Source: an uncultured Bacteriovoracaceae bacterium
GTDB taxonomy: Bacteria; Desulfobacterota; Desulfomonilia; UBA1062
DNA: 64,000 bases
Assembly: GCA_964600235.1 (NCBI GenBank)
Contig: CAZRIV010000001.1
Coordinates: 286,727 to 350,726, forward strand
Direction of reading: 5' to 3'
Under the pieces are notes generated by a model that did not search any database, had not been told where the DNA came from, and saw nothing but the letters and a program-made list of their open reading frames with translations. Below, one piece after another: positions 48,055-56,785 of this stretch (position 1 is its first letter; each line of letters starts with the position of its first letter). Position numbers and translations under genes: made by a program.

Positions 48055-48576
48055 CTACGTGATCCTATCTACTGCTATTGATACGGCAGAGCGCACGGAA
48101 AGGTGGTTGAACTCACCCTTTCCCTCAATCGGTTCTATCACGGCGTCAAATGCCTCAAACATACGCGGCGATATCCCCCACCCTGTGCCGAACAACACGC
48201 AAATATTTTCTTTCCGGGCGCGTTTCCTTGCCTCTTCCCAGGATATGCACCCATCCACCCTGGAGGCCGACGTCCCGATAAAAACAGCGCCTGTCTGACG
48301 CCTTATCTCACCTATATCATGAACGAGCTCAATAATCTCCAATGCACTTTTTCTCAGCGGATTATATCGCCCTCCGAACCCTTTGATCCAGTGGTCGATG
48401 ATCTTACGGGCAAAGTCCAATTGGCCCTGGTTCGGGTGAACGATATAGAGCTTATTGATACCGTATGTCAAGCAAACTCTTGCACAATCGTGCAGATCCA
48501 GGTTGGTGATGGCCGTGGATATTTCCTGGCCGTTCTTGTCCATGCACGGCCAGTGAAGCAGTCCTATGCTGAGCAT
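48055..48576 (-). CDS. conserved hypothetical protein of the trmD-rplS operon (possible SPOUT-like RNA methyltransferase)
   Basis: 173 aa ORF in operon context; weak resemblance to SPOUT folds (VLFGTGWGIS). Family assignment is tentative. Confidence 0.45.
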   Translation of the reverse strand: MLSIGLLHWPCMDKNGQEISTAITNLDLHDCARVCLTYGINKLYIVHPNQGQLDFARKIIDHWIKGFGGRYNPLRKSALEIIELVHDIGEIRRQTGAVFIGTSASRVDGCISWEEARKRARKENICVLFGTGWGISPRMFEAFDAVIEPIEGKGEFNHLSVRSAVSIAVDRIT

Positions 48577-48588
48577 GTGCCGGGCCGC

Positions 48589-49305
48589 CTAAGGCCGCTC
48601 CTTTGTTTCAGCCGCTTCCGGGGCGCCGCCCTCTGACAGTTTATTCACAAGGTCTGGCCTCACTTCCCGGGTCTTTTCCATGGCCTTCTTCTTACGCCAT
48701 GCATGTATATCTTCATGATTGCCCGAGAGAAGGACCTCCGGCACCTCGTAGCCGCGGAATTCCCTTGGCCTGGTGTATTGGGGGTGCTCCAGGAGACCAT
48801 CGTAATGGGAGTCGCCCGTATGAAGCGTATCCCTGCCGAGAACCCCCGGGATGAGCCTGATGACGGCATCCGATATGGCCATTGCCGGGATCTCTCCGCC
48901 GGTCAGCACATAATCGCCTATGGAGAGCTCTTCGTCCACAAACATTTCCGACACCCGCTCGTCTACCCCTTCATAATGCCCGCAGATAATGGTCAGTGTT
49001 TCCAGTACGCTCAGCCGCAATGCATCGTCCTGCGAAAACAACCTCCCCCGTGGGGTCGTCAGTATGACCCTGCCCTTATCCTCGAGGCTTTCAATAGCTG
49101 CTGCGATGGGCTCGGGTTTCAATATCATGCCGCCCCCGCCTCCATAGGGCGTATCGTCGACCACGCGGTGGGCGCCAAGTCCGAAATCCCGCAGAGGGAC
49201 GAACCGTATGGATATGATATCCTTCGCCATGGCCCTTGATACCATGCTCTCATTGAAAACCCCGGAAAACATCTCGGGAAACAGGGTGATGACGTTTATC
49301 CTCAT
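48589..49305 (-). CDS. trmD: tRNA (guanine37-N1)-methyltransferase
   Basis: MRINVITLFPEMF...VDDTPYGGGGGMIL...ICGHYEGVDERV...LTGGE. Confidence 0.9.
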   Translation of the reverse strand: MRINVITLFPEMFSGVFNESMVSRAMAKDIISIRFVPLRDFGLGAHRVVDDTPYGGGGGMILKPEPIAAAIESLEDKGRVILTTPRGRLFSQDDALRLSVLETLTIICGHYEGVDERVSEMFVDEELSIGDYVLTGGEIPAMAISDAVIRLIPGVLGRDTLHTGDSHYDGLLEHPQYTRPREFRGYEVPEVLLSGNHEDIHAWRKKKAMEKTREVRPDLVNKLSEGGAPEAAETKERP

Positions 49306-49317
49306 GGGCGGCTCCTG

Positions 49318-49821
49318 CTAGTCAAGAAGACCTTCCAGGAGCGACTCATCGATAATCATGCTGCCTTTCTCCAGGGATATCTCTTTGACAACATCCTTTG
49401 TGGCCGGTATGTAATACTGCTTATCCCTGTCCACCACGTACACGTCGTTGCTCCCGGTGGAGAAGATGTCGATGATCTCTCCCAGCTGTCTGCCGTTCGT
49501 ATCCGCGACCTTGAGCCCCATGAGATCGCGCCAGTAATATTCATCCTCCCCGGTCTCTTCGAGCTGTTCGGGTTTTACGAAAAGGGTCAGGCCCTTCAGG
49601 GGTTCAACCTGGGAGATGTCGGAGATCCCCTCGAGCCCGATGATATAGGAACTTCCCCGGTTCACCGCCTGGGTAACCTTGACGGGTGAGCCGTCTTCTC
49701 CAATGATCAGGTGTGTATATCTTACGAATCTTTCAAAGGAATCACTGTACGGGATGATCTTGATCCGGCCTTTCAGGCCATGGGGACCGCTGATCCTGGC
49801 GATCTCGACGAGGTCCGACAT
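49318..49821 (-). CDS. rimM: 16S rRNA processing protein RimM
   Basis: VEIARISGPHGLKGRIKI N-terminus and a PRC-barrel C-terminus; 167 aa. Confidence 0.85.
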   Translation of the reverse strand: MSDLVEIARISGPHGLKGRIKIIPYSDSFERFVRYTHLIIGEDGSPVKVTQAVNRGSSYIIGLEGISDISQVEPLKGLTLFVKPEQLEETGEDEYYWRDLMGLKVADTNGRQLGEIIDIFSTGSNDVYVVDRDKQYYIPATKDVVKEISLEKGSMIIDESLLEGLLD

Positions 49822-49826
49822 GGTAT

Positions 49827-50057
49827 TTATTCTATGATTTCCAGCACAGCCCTCTTCTTCAGCTTTGTTGATGCCGCAGTGAGCAGCGTACGCATGGCGC
49901 GTGCCGTACGGCCTTCTTTGCCGATAACCTTGCCCAGATCGGGTTTGGCAACCCTCAACTCGATAACGGACGTCACCTCGCCTTCCACCTGGGAAACCCT
50001 CACCTCATCGGGATTGTCGACCAAAGCCTTGGCGATGTACTCAATAAGCTCTCTCAT
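49827..50057 (-). CDS. KH-domain RNA-binding protein (UPF0109)
   Basis: 76 aa with the [20 protein letters not shown] motif; conserved position between rpsP and rimM. Confidence 0.8.
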   Translation of the reverse strand: MRELIEYIAKALVDNPDEVRVSQVEGEVTSVIELRVAKPDLGKVIGKEGRTARAMRTLLTAASTKLKKRAVLEIIE

Positions 50058-50091
50058 GGTACCCTCACGTCCACGTTACTCAGCACGCACG

Positions 50092-50337
50092 TTAGAGCGA
50101 ATATCCTTTCTGCTTGATGAGCTTCTTCACGGCAGGCGAGACCTGTCCGCCGTTACCGATCCATTCCTTTATCCTGTCCATCTTGAGGTTGATGCTTTCA
50201 GGCCTGAATTTCGGATCAAAATACCCGACGATCTCGATAAACCTTCCATCGCGCTTGTTGCGTGAGTCCGTTACCACTACACGGTAAAAGGGCTGCTTTG
50301 CTGCGCCTCCCCGGGTCAATCTGATGCTGAGAGCCAT
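50092..50337 (-). CDS. rpsP: 30S ribosomal protein S16
   Basis: [35 protein letters not shown]; 81 aa; AGGGGGAA RBS. Confidence 0.9.
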   Translation of the reverse strand: [81 protein letters not shown]

Positions 50338-50614
50338 GTGTATATGTTCCCCCTTTTTTTACTTAACGATCTAGGTTGCCACACTTATATTACTTGCCGA
50401 ATCAATGTCAAGTCATTTATCCCCGGGCATTTGCAGGCATTCAACGAGGAATGGAGCGCATGCGCGATACCTGTCGGGACTTCCGTACATCCTTGTCGTA
50501 TATTACCGCGGATTGTGCGTTCGGCGGTGTAAAAATGGCCTGGGAATCACGGCAGGAATTGATGCGGGGCGCCCCGCTGCAGGCAACAGGGCGCCTCAGG
50601 TCTCATGCAAATCG

Positions 50615-51634
50615 TCATTCCACCGGTTTTGCCAGCTTGAGGATCTCCATGGGCAGCTGAGCCCCGATGGCCTGCATCTGCTTGACATCAACGAGGATCA
50701 TGAGATCGTCCTGCTTTAGGATGGGCATTGAATCTGGTTTTGCCCCTTCCTTGAGTATCTTCACCGCCTGCTGTCCGGCCAGCGATCCGATCACCGTGAA
50801 GTCGGAGCCCACATACAGCACGGCCCCGGGGTTCTTGTGCAGCATGAAGCTGATGATGGGTATCTTTGTCGACCTGGAGATGGCTGCAAGCTCGGCGGTG
50901 GGCTCGGCGTTCCTGTGCCCGTAATATGTATCAAGGGGGACGATGAAGGCCTGCACCCCCTTTGCTATGAGCTCCTGGGCCGCCGGCTTGATGGACTCGG
51001 TCCTGTTGATCTCCTTGGTGATGAATGTCAGGCCCTGTGCAGGCCCTTCCTTCTTTGCCTCTGCCGCGTGCGCTATTGCACTGTCATCGTCGCTGTGGAT
51101 AATGCCCAGCGTCTTCACCGAAGGGAACGCCAGCTTCACGATCTTCAGCGCATTCTTCATGTCCATGTGCAGGGTTGAACCGGTGAACCCGGGGCCGGCC
51201 TGGGTGAGGGACTTGCACCCGGCCGCCTGGGGAACGGCCACAGCGGTGAACACCATGGGGATGCCCGCCGAGATGAACTTGTCCTTTGCATATTTTGTCG
51301 GGGTGGTGCCGATGGTGAGGACAAGATCCGGCTTTCTGTCCACCATCTTCTGCGCCTCGCTCTTGATTTCCATGAGCACGCCGACCTTTTTGAACATCCC
51401 GCCCTTTTCAACGTCGAACTCGATGATCTTGCGGTTGATGGAGAGATTCTTCCCTTTGACAATGCCGTTTTTCTCAAGCTCTTTTACGAACCCGTTGTAT
51501 GCATTCTGGAAGGGAGGCGCCTCTCTGACGACCTGAAGGACCTCGATCTTGTAGGTCTTGTCTTCAGCCGTGCAGGGCAGCGCAATTATGAGGAACACGA
51601 CGACCATCACAAGTGACGTAATGAAATGTTTCAT
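50615..51634 (-). CDS. ABC-transporter-type periplasmic substrate-binding protein (COG2984-like), copy 1
   Basis: Signal peptide; 339 aa; paralogous to the adjacent gene along its full length; no permease or ATPase genes nearby. Confidence 0.65.
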   Translation of the reverse strand: MKHFITSLVMVVVFLIIALPCTAEDKTYKIEVLQVVREAPPFQNAYNGFVKELEKNGIVKGKNLSINRKIIEFDVEKGGMFKKVGVLMEIKSEAQKMVDRKPDLVLTIGTTPTKYAKDKFISAGIPMVFTAVAVPQAAGCKSLTQAGPGFTGSTLHMDMKNALKIVKLAFPSVKTLGIIHSDDDSAIAHAAEAKKEGPAQGLTFITKEINRTESIKPAAQELIAKGVQAFIVPLDTYYGHRNAEPTAELAAISRSTKIPIISFMLHKNPGAVLYVGSDFTVIGSLAGQQAVKILKEGAKPDSMPILKQDDLMILVDVKQMQAIGAQLPMEILKLAKPVE

Positions 51635-51762
51635 GGATTACCTCCCAATAGGTTGTTATTCAAGGATATTACATTAAACTTTTCTTGATCATTCCTGAAA
51701 GCTCATTGCCTTTACATTATTTTTACAATTATGACACGCACGCGTCCGCTTTATCAACAGGA

Positions 51763-51783
51763 ATCAATGGTTCCCATTGATTG
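51763..51783. promoter_or_regulatory. perfect 21-bp palindrome (9-bp arms, 3-bp spacer) between the tandem SBP genes
   Basis: aatcaatgg-ttc-ccattgatt read directly from the sequence. It lies in the promoter region of SBP copy 1 and downstream of copy 2. Confidence 0.4.
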
Positions 51784-51843
51784 TCATCCCACATGTATTC
51801 ATTACCCGGTAACCAGGCTGATAAAGCCCCGATTATTCCTTCC

Positions 51844-52863
51844 TCATTCCACCGACTGTGCCAGCTGGAGTATCTCCATGGGGAGCTGCCAGTTGAGCGC
51901 CTTCATCTGCCTGGTATCCACCAGGATCCTCAGATCTTCCTGTCTGAGGATAGGCAGGTTTTCCGGCTTGGCCTCCCCCTTGAGAATCTTGGCGGCCTGC
52001 TGGCCTGACAAGGCTCCGATCTCGGTGAAATCCGACCCCACGTAGAGGATCGCACCGGGGACCTTCATGAGGGCGAAGCTGAACACGGGTATCTTCGTCT
52101 CTTTGGAAAACTTATCCAGTTCATGGCATGCCTCGTAGTCCCTTATGCCGTAATAGGTATCCAGCGGTACGGCGATCGCCTCCGCACCCTGCTTCTGGAG
52201 TTCGGCCAGCGAGGGTGTGATCTTATCGTTCTTGTTGTTGATCTGCTTGGAGATGACTTTCATGCCGGATGATGCAGCGACCTTCTTGGCCTCTTCGGTA
52301 TGGGCAATACCGTTCTCGTCATCGCTGTTGATGATGCCGATGGTCTTGAGCTTGGGGAATGCGAGCTTGACGATCTTGAGGGCATCCTTCATGCTCATGT
52401 ACAGCGTGGCCCCGGTGAATCCCGGCCCGGCCTGGGTCATGGACTTGCACCCCGCCGCGGTGGGTATTGCTACTGCGGTAAATACAAGAGGGACGCCCGC
52501 ATCGATGATCTTGTCCTTGGTATACTTGGTTGCAGGTGTTCCGATGGTCAGCACAAGATCAGGCTTCACATCGGCTATCCTCATGGCCTCGCTCTTGAGC
52601 TGCATGAGCACGCCCACCTTGCTCCACATGGTCGCCTTTTCCATGTCGAATCCGATGATCTTGCGTCTGATCTCAAGGTTTTTCCCCTTCACGAAACCGT
52701 TGCGTTCCAGTTCCTTGACAAAGCCTGTGTAGGATTTCTGGAACGGCTCGATGTTGGTGACCTGGATGACCTCTATCCTGATCTTCTTTTCCTCTGCCAG
52801 ACAGGTGGAAGCTGCGCCTATGATAAAGAGCACCATGAACAGAAACACAAGGGATTTTCTCAT
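51844..52863 (-). CDS. ABC-transporter-type periplasmic substrate-binding protein (COG2984-like), copy 2
   Basis: 339 aa; signal peptide; clearly co-linear with copy 1 (for example GVLM..LKSEA...KPDLVLTIGTP.TKY.KDK.I.AG.P.VFTAVA.P.AAGCKS.TQAGPGFTG.TL.M). Confidence 0.65.
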   Translation of the reverse strand: MRKSLVFLFMVLFIIGAASTCLAEEKKIRIEVIQVTNIEPFQKSYTGFVKELERNGFVKGKNLEIRRKIIGFDMEKATMWSKVGVLMQLKSEAMRIADVKPDLVLTIGTPATKYTKDKIIDAGVPLVFTAVAIPTAAGCKSMTQAGPGFTGATLYMSMKDALKIVKLAFPKLKTIGIINSDDENGIAHTEEAKKVAASSGMKVISKQINNKNDKITPSLAELQKQGAEAIAVPLDTYYGIRDYEACHELDKFSKETKIPVFSFALMKVPGAILYVGSDFTEIGALSGQQAAKILKGEAKPENLPILRQEDLRILVDTRQMKALNWQLPMEILQLAQSVE

Positions 52864-53017
52864 TGATATTCCTCCTCACCCACGGAAATGCCAGTCAAGG
52901 GAACGATTCAATCCGACCTTTCAATATTGATCATCCTCTAACCACAGATAAGGCTCACAGTCAATGGAGAGAACGGGACCTTTCACACCCGGTAAGGCCA
53001 TGGGCCTGGTGACGGTT

Positions 53018-55798
53018 TCACCTTCCAAGATATCGCTTCAGATACTGTCCCGTATATGAACCCTTGTTCCTGATGATCTCATGAGGGCTGCCCCGGGCTA
53101 CGATCCTGCCCCCGGCATCCCCGCCTTCCGGTCCGAGGTCGATGATGTAATCGGCAGACCTTATCATATCCATGTTGTGCTCGATGACAATGACGGTGTT
53201 GCCCTCGTCGACCAGACGGTGGAGCACAATGAGGAGCTTGTTGATATCCTCGAAATGGAGGCCGGTCGTGGGTTCGTCGAGTATATAGACCGTCCTGCCC
53301 GTCGAACGTTTGGAAAGCTCCCTGGCCAGCTTGGTCCTTTGCGCCTCGCCTCCCGAAAGGGTGGTGGCGCTCTGGCCGAGCCTGATATAATCCATGCCCA
53401 CATCCATGAGGGTCTTGAGCTTGCGCTTGATCCTGGGTACCGCGTCGAAGAGCTCGTAGGCCCGGCTTACGGTCATTTCCAGCACGTCTGCGATGGAATG
53501 TCCCTTGTACCTGATCTCGAGCGTCTCATCGTTGAATCGTCTCCCCCGGCACTGGTCGCACATGACATACACGTCGGGCAGGAAGTGCATCTCTATCTTG
53601 ATGAGGCCATCGCCCTGACAGGTCTCGCACCTCCCGCCCTTCACGTTGAAGCTGAAACGGCCGAGCTTGTAACCGCGCACCCTGGCATCGGGAAGCAGGG
53701 CGAAGAGCTCCCTGATGAGGGTGAACACGCCGGTATAGGTGGCGGGGTTCGATCTGGGGGTCCTGCCTATGGGGCTCTGGTCGACGTTGATGACCCGATC
53801 GAGGTGCTCCAGGCCTGTAATGCCCTTGACATGGGGAAAAAGGATCCTTGACCCTGCAAGGGCGCTGTTCAGATAGGGGTAGAGCGTGTCTATGACGAGG
53901 CTCGATTTGCCCGATCCCGACACCCCGGTGATGCAGGTGAAAAGACCGATGGGGATATCCACATCCAGGTTCTTGAGATTATTGGCACTGGCCCCCCTGA
54001 TCCCCAGAAAACTCCCCTGAGGTCTCCTGGGGCTCTCAGGTGCGTGTATCCGGATTCTGCCGGAGAGATAGCCCCCCGTCAGTGAGGTCGCATCCTTCAC
54101 GAGTTCAGCAGGGGTGCCCTGAAAGACTATCCTGCCGCCCTGTTCACCCGCCCCCGGCCCCATGTCGATCACATGGTCCGAACCCAGGATGGTTTCCTCG
54201 TCGTGTTCCACCACGATGAGCGTGTTCCCGAGATCGCGCAGGTGCCTGAGCGTGTTGATGAGCCGCTCGTTGTCCCTCTGGTGCAGGCCTATGGTAGGCT
54301 CGTCCAGGATGTACATCACCCCCATCAGGGCGGATCCAATCTGCGTCGCGAGCCTTATGCGCTGGAACTCACCCGAGGAAAGCGTTCCCGCCGCCCTGTT
54401 CAGGGCCAGATATCCGATCCCCACCGAGGTGAGGAACCCGAGACGTTCCGTGATCTCCCTGATGAGCCTGCCCCCGATTTCCCGGTCCTTAAGGCTGAGA
54501 CTGAGATCCCGGATAAAAATGAGCAGGTCGTCCACGCTCATGGCAGTGAGCTCGAAGATGTTCTTCTGGCCGATGGTAATGTGGAGGATCTCCTGTTTCA
54601 GGCGTGCGCCCCCGCATGTCGGACAGGTAATGTTGTTGAGAAACCTGGATATGTCTTCGCTGATCTCGCCCGTGGCGGTCTCTTTCATCCTGCGCATGAG
54701 GTTCGGGATCACCCCCTCGAAGGGGGTGGAATATGCGTCGGCCATGGGGCCGCCATAGAGTATCACCCTCCTGGCATCCTCAGGGAGATTCTCGAACGGG
54801 GTGTCTTCATCGAACCGCAGGCTCCTGGCAAGGTGTCGTATCATGCGGCTCGCGAACTTACCGGGAGGGACCCCCCAGGCGGCGATCGCCCCCTGGCTCA
54901 GGGAGCGCTTCGCATCGGGCACCACCAGGTCGGGATCGATCTCCATGAGTACGCCCAGACCGTGGCATGTCTCGCAGGCACCGTGGGGATTGTTGAAAGA
55001 GAACATCCTCGGCGAGATCTCTCTGACGGATGTATTGCAGACCGGGCAGCCGTAGTGCTCTGAATAGACATGGGATCCGCCGGCGTCGTCCTCGACGGCT
55101 ATTGTTCCTCCCGAAAGCCGGCAGGCCGTCTCGATGGAATCCATGAGCCGGGTCATGACGTTGTCCTTGACCACGATCCTGTCCACGACCACCTGGATCG
55201 TATGCTTCCTGTTCTTGTCGAGTTTGGGGACCTCTTCGATGTCGTAGAGCTCTCCGTTTACGCGGACCCTTACAAACCCTTCCCGGGCCAGGCGCTCGAA
55301 GAGCCTGGCATACTCGCCTTTGCGGCCGCTTACCATGGGCGCGAAAAGGATTACTTTCCTCCCTGCTCCGAGTTCGAGTATCGCCCGGGCCATCTGCTGC
55401 GCGGTCATGGACTCGATGGCGCGTCCGCAGATCCAGCAGCGTGGCTTACCGATCCGCGCAAACAGGACCCGCAGATAGTCGTAGATCTCCGTGACCGTGC
55501 CTACCGTGGACCGGGGGTTGTTGGACGTGGTCTTCTGCTCGATGGCAATGGCGGGAGAAAGTCCCTCAATGGATTCGACCTGGGGCTTGGACATCTGTTC
55601 GAGAAACTGCCTGGCATAGGCGCTGAGCGATTCGACATACCTGCGCTGCCCTTCTGCGAACAGCGTGTCAAAGGCCAGCGTCGACTTGCCCGAACCGGAT
55701 ACGCCGGTGATGACCACAAACCTGTTCCGGGGTATGCGGACGTCGATGTCCTTGAGGTTGTGCTCGCTTGCCCCTTTGATCTCTATGAAGTCTTTCAT
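53018..55798 (-). CDS. uvrA: excinuclease ABC subunit A
   Basis: 926 aa; two ABC ATPase modules (GVSGSGKSTL twice), Zn-finger modules and the LSGGEAQR signature. Confidence 0.95.
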   Translation of the reverse strand: MKDFIEIKGASEHNLKDIDVRIPRNRFVVITGVSGSGKSTLAFDTLFAEGQRRYVESLSAYARQFLEQMSKPQVESIEGLSPAIAIEQKTTSNNPRSTVGTVTEIYDYLRVLFARIGKPRCWICGRAIESMTAQQMARAILELGAGRKVILFAPMVSGRKGEYARLFERLAREGFVRVRVNGELYDIEEVPKLDKNRKHTIQVVVDRIVVKDNVMTRLMDSIETACRLSGGTIAVEDDAGGSHVYSEHYGCPVCNTSVREISPRMFSFNNPHGACETCHGLGVLMEIDPDLVVPDAKRSLSQGAIAAWGVPPGKFASRMIRHLARSLRFDEDTPFENLPEDARRVILYGGPMADAYSTPFEGVIPNLMRRMKETATGEISEDISRFLNNITCPTCGGARLKQEILHITIGQKNIFELTAMSVDDLLIFIRDLSLSLKDREIGGRLIREITERLGFLTSVGIGYLALNRAAGTLSSGEFQRIRLATQIGSALMGVMYILDEPTIGLHQRDNERLINTLRHLRDLGNTLIVVEHDEETILGSDHVIDMGPGAGEQGGRIVFQGTPAELVKDATSLTGGYLSGRIRIHAPESPRRPQGSFLGIRGASANNLKNLDVDIPIGLFTCITGVSGSGKSSLVIDTLYPYLNSALAGSRILFPHVKGITGLEHLDRVINVDQSPIGRTPRSNPATYTGVFTLIRELFALLPDARVRGYKLGRFSFNVKGGRCETCQGDGLIKIEMHFLPDVYVMCDQCRGRRFNDETLEIRYKGHSIADVLEMTVSRAYELFDAVPRIKRKLKTLMDVGMDYIRLGQSATTLSGGEAQRTKLARELSKRSTGRTVYILDEPTTGLHFEDINKLLIVLHRLVDEGNTVIVIEHNMDMIRSADYIIDLGPEGGDAGGRIVARGSPHEIIRNKGSYTGQYLKRYLGR

Positions 55799-55877
55799 GG
55801 GTTCGTCAGTTTCCTGGTGTCGGCCGTCAGGGTGCGGCTCTATTCGAAACAGGGCTTAAAGGGTGGCTGTAAGCCCC

Positions 55878-56753
55878 TTACATGTATATACTGATATAAT
55901 GATCCGCCATGATCATCTTGAGCCAGTGCTCGAAAGCCTCTCTGCGGTATTTGTCCTTCAGCGTCTCCACGATTTCATCGTGGACCTCTTCTAAAGGCCT
56001 GGCCCCTGAGAGACCGCGGTCGAGCACCTGATAGATCAGGATGTTGTCACCGAGCGCGATGGGCCCCACGATGTCCCCCTTCTTGGCGGCACTCAGTGCG
56101 GTCCTTGCTTCACCTGCCAGATCATTGAGGGCAATCCAGCCGATGTCGGGACTGTCGCCCGAGAGGATGTCCGAATAGGCCTTTGCCGCTTCATCGAACG
56201 GAATCCCGCTGCGGAGATCTTTGATGGCCTTGTCTGCCCTGGTGGAGTCTTTTCTTATGAGGATCTGCTTCAGATGGACCGAGTCCGACCCGGCATATTC
56301 CTTATTTGTGTCGTAGTAATCCTGTATCATGGTCTGGGTTATGACCACCCTCGACTTCACCATCATTTCCATGAGCGAATTTCTCTTGATAACGGACTGG
56401 GCGCTTATGATGTCGAGGTTCATGCCCTTGGCGACCTCTTCGGCCTGTTTGATGTCTATCCTGGGCAAACCCATGGTCCGGTAGAGCTTGTCGACAACCA
56501 CGTCCTCCACCATGACCTGAAGGACCTGGCGGGCGACCGTGATCTCGTATTTCTGCGCCCCGAGTTCATGCATCTTCTTGACGAGATCCGAATGCATGAT
56601 GACCTTTTCATCCACCACGGCCACGATCCCGTCTATTATCTGGCCTTGCGCGGCGCTGCACCACAGTAACAGGAGGACCGGGGTTATGCACCTCAGGAAA
56701 AGCGTCACGCCCCTGCCGGCGGCTTTCTGTCCCAATCTATCTGTCTTATTCAT
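55878..56753 (-). CDS. SurA-like periplasmic peptidyl-prolyl cis-trans isomerase (parvulin domain)
   Basis: Signal peptide, a SurA N-terminal chaperone-like region, then a PpiC-type domain (HLKQILIRK...GDIVGPIALGDNILIYQV). Confidence 0.7.
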   Translation of the reverse strand: MNKTDRLGQKAAGRGVTLFLRCITPVLLLLWCSAAQGQIIDGIVAVVDEKVIMHSDLVKKMHELGAQKYEITVARQVLQVMVEDVVVDKLYRTMGLPRIDIKQAEEVAKGMNLDIISAQSVIKRNSLMEMMVKSRVVITQTMIQDYYDTNKEYAGSDSVHLKQILIRKDSTRADKAIKDLRSGIPFDEAAKAYSDILSGDSPDIGWIALNDLAGEARTALSAAKKGDIVGPIALGDNILIYQVLDRGLSGARPLEEVHDEIVETLKDKYRREAFEHWLKMIMADHYISIYM

Positions 56754-56785
56754 CTTTTAAGCGCTCTCCAAAAAACCCACCGTGA

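Larger units (their letters stand above)
50615..52863 (-). repeat. tandem gene duplication of SBP genes (two direct repeats of about 1.2 kb)
   Basis: The two 339-aa products align end to end; DNA identity is visibly about 70% in the sampled stretches. Confidence 0.6.

Noticed and set aside
50338-50614. GC-rich palindrome gcggggcgccccgc and short ORFs in the rpsP upstream region
   Set aside because: The palindrome has no loop and no flanking U-tract on either strand, so a terminator call is not supportable; the short ORFs lack RBSs. The region is better explained as the rpsP operon promoter and 5' UTR.
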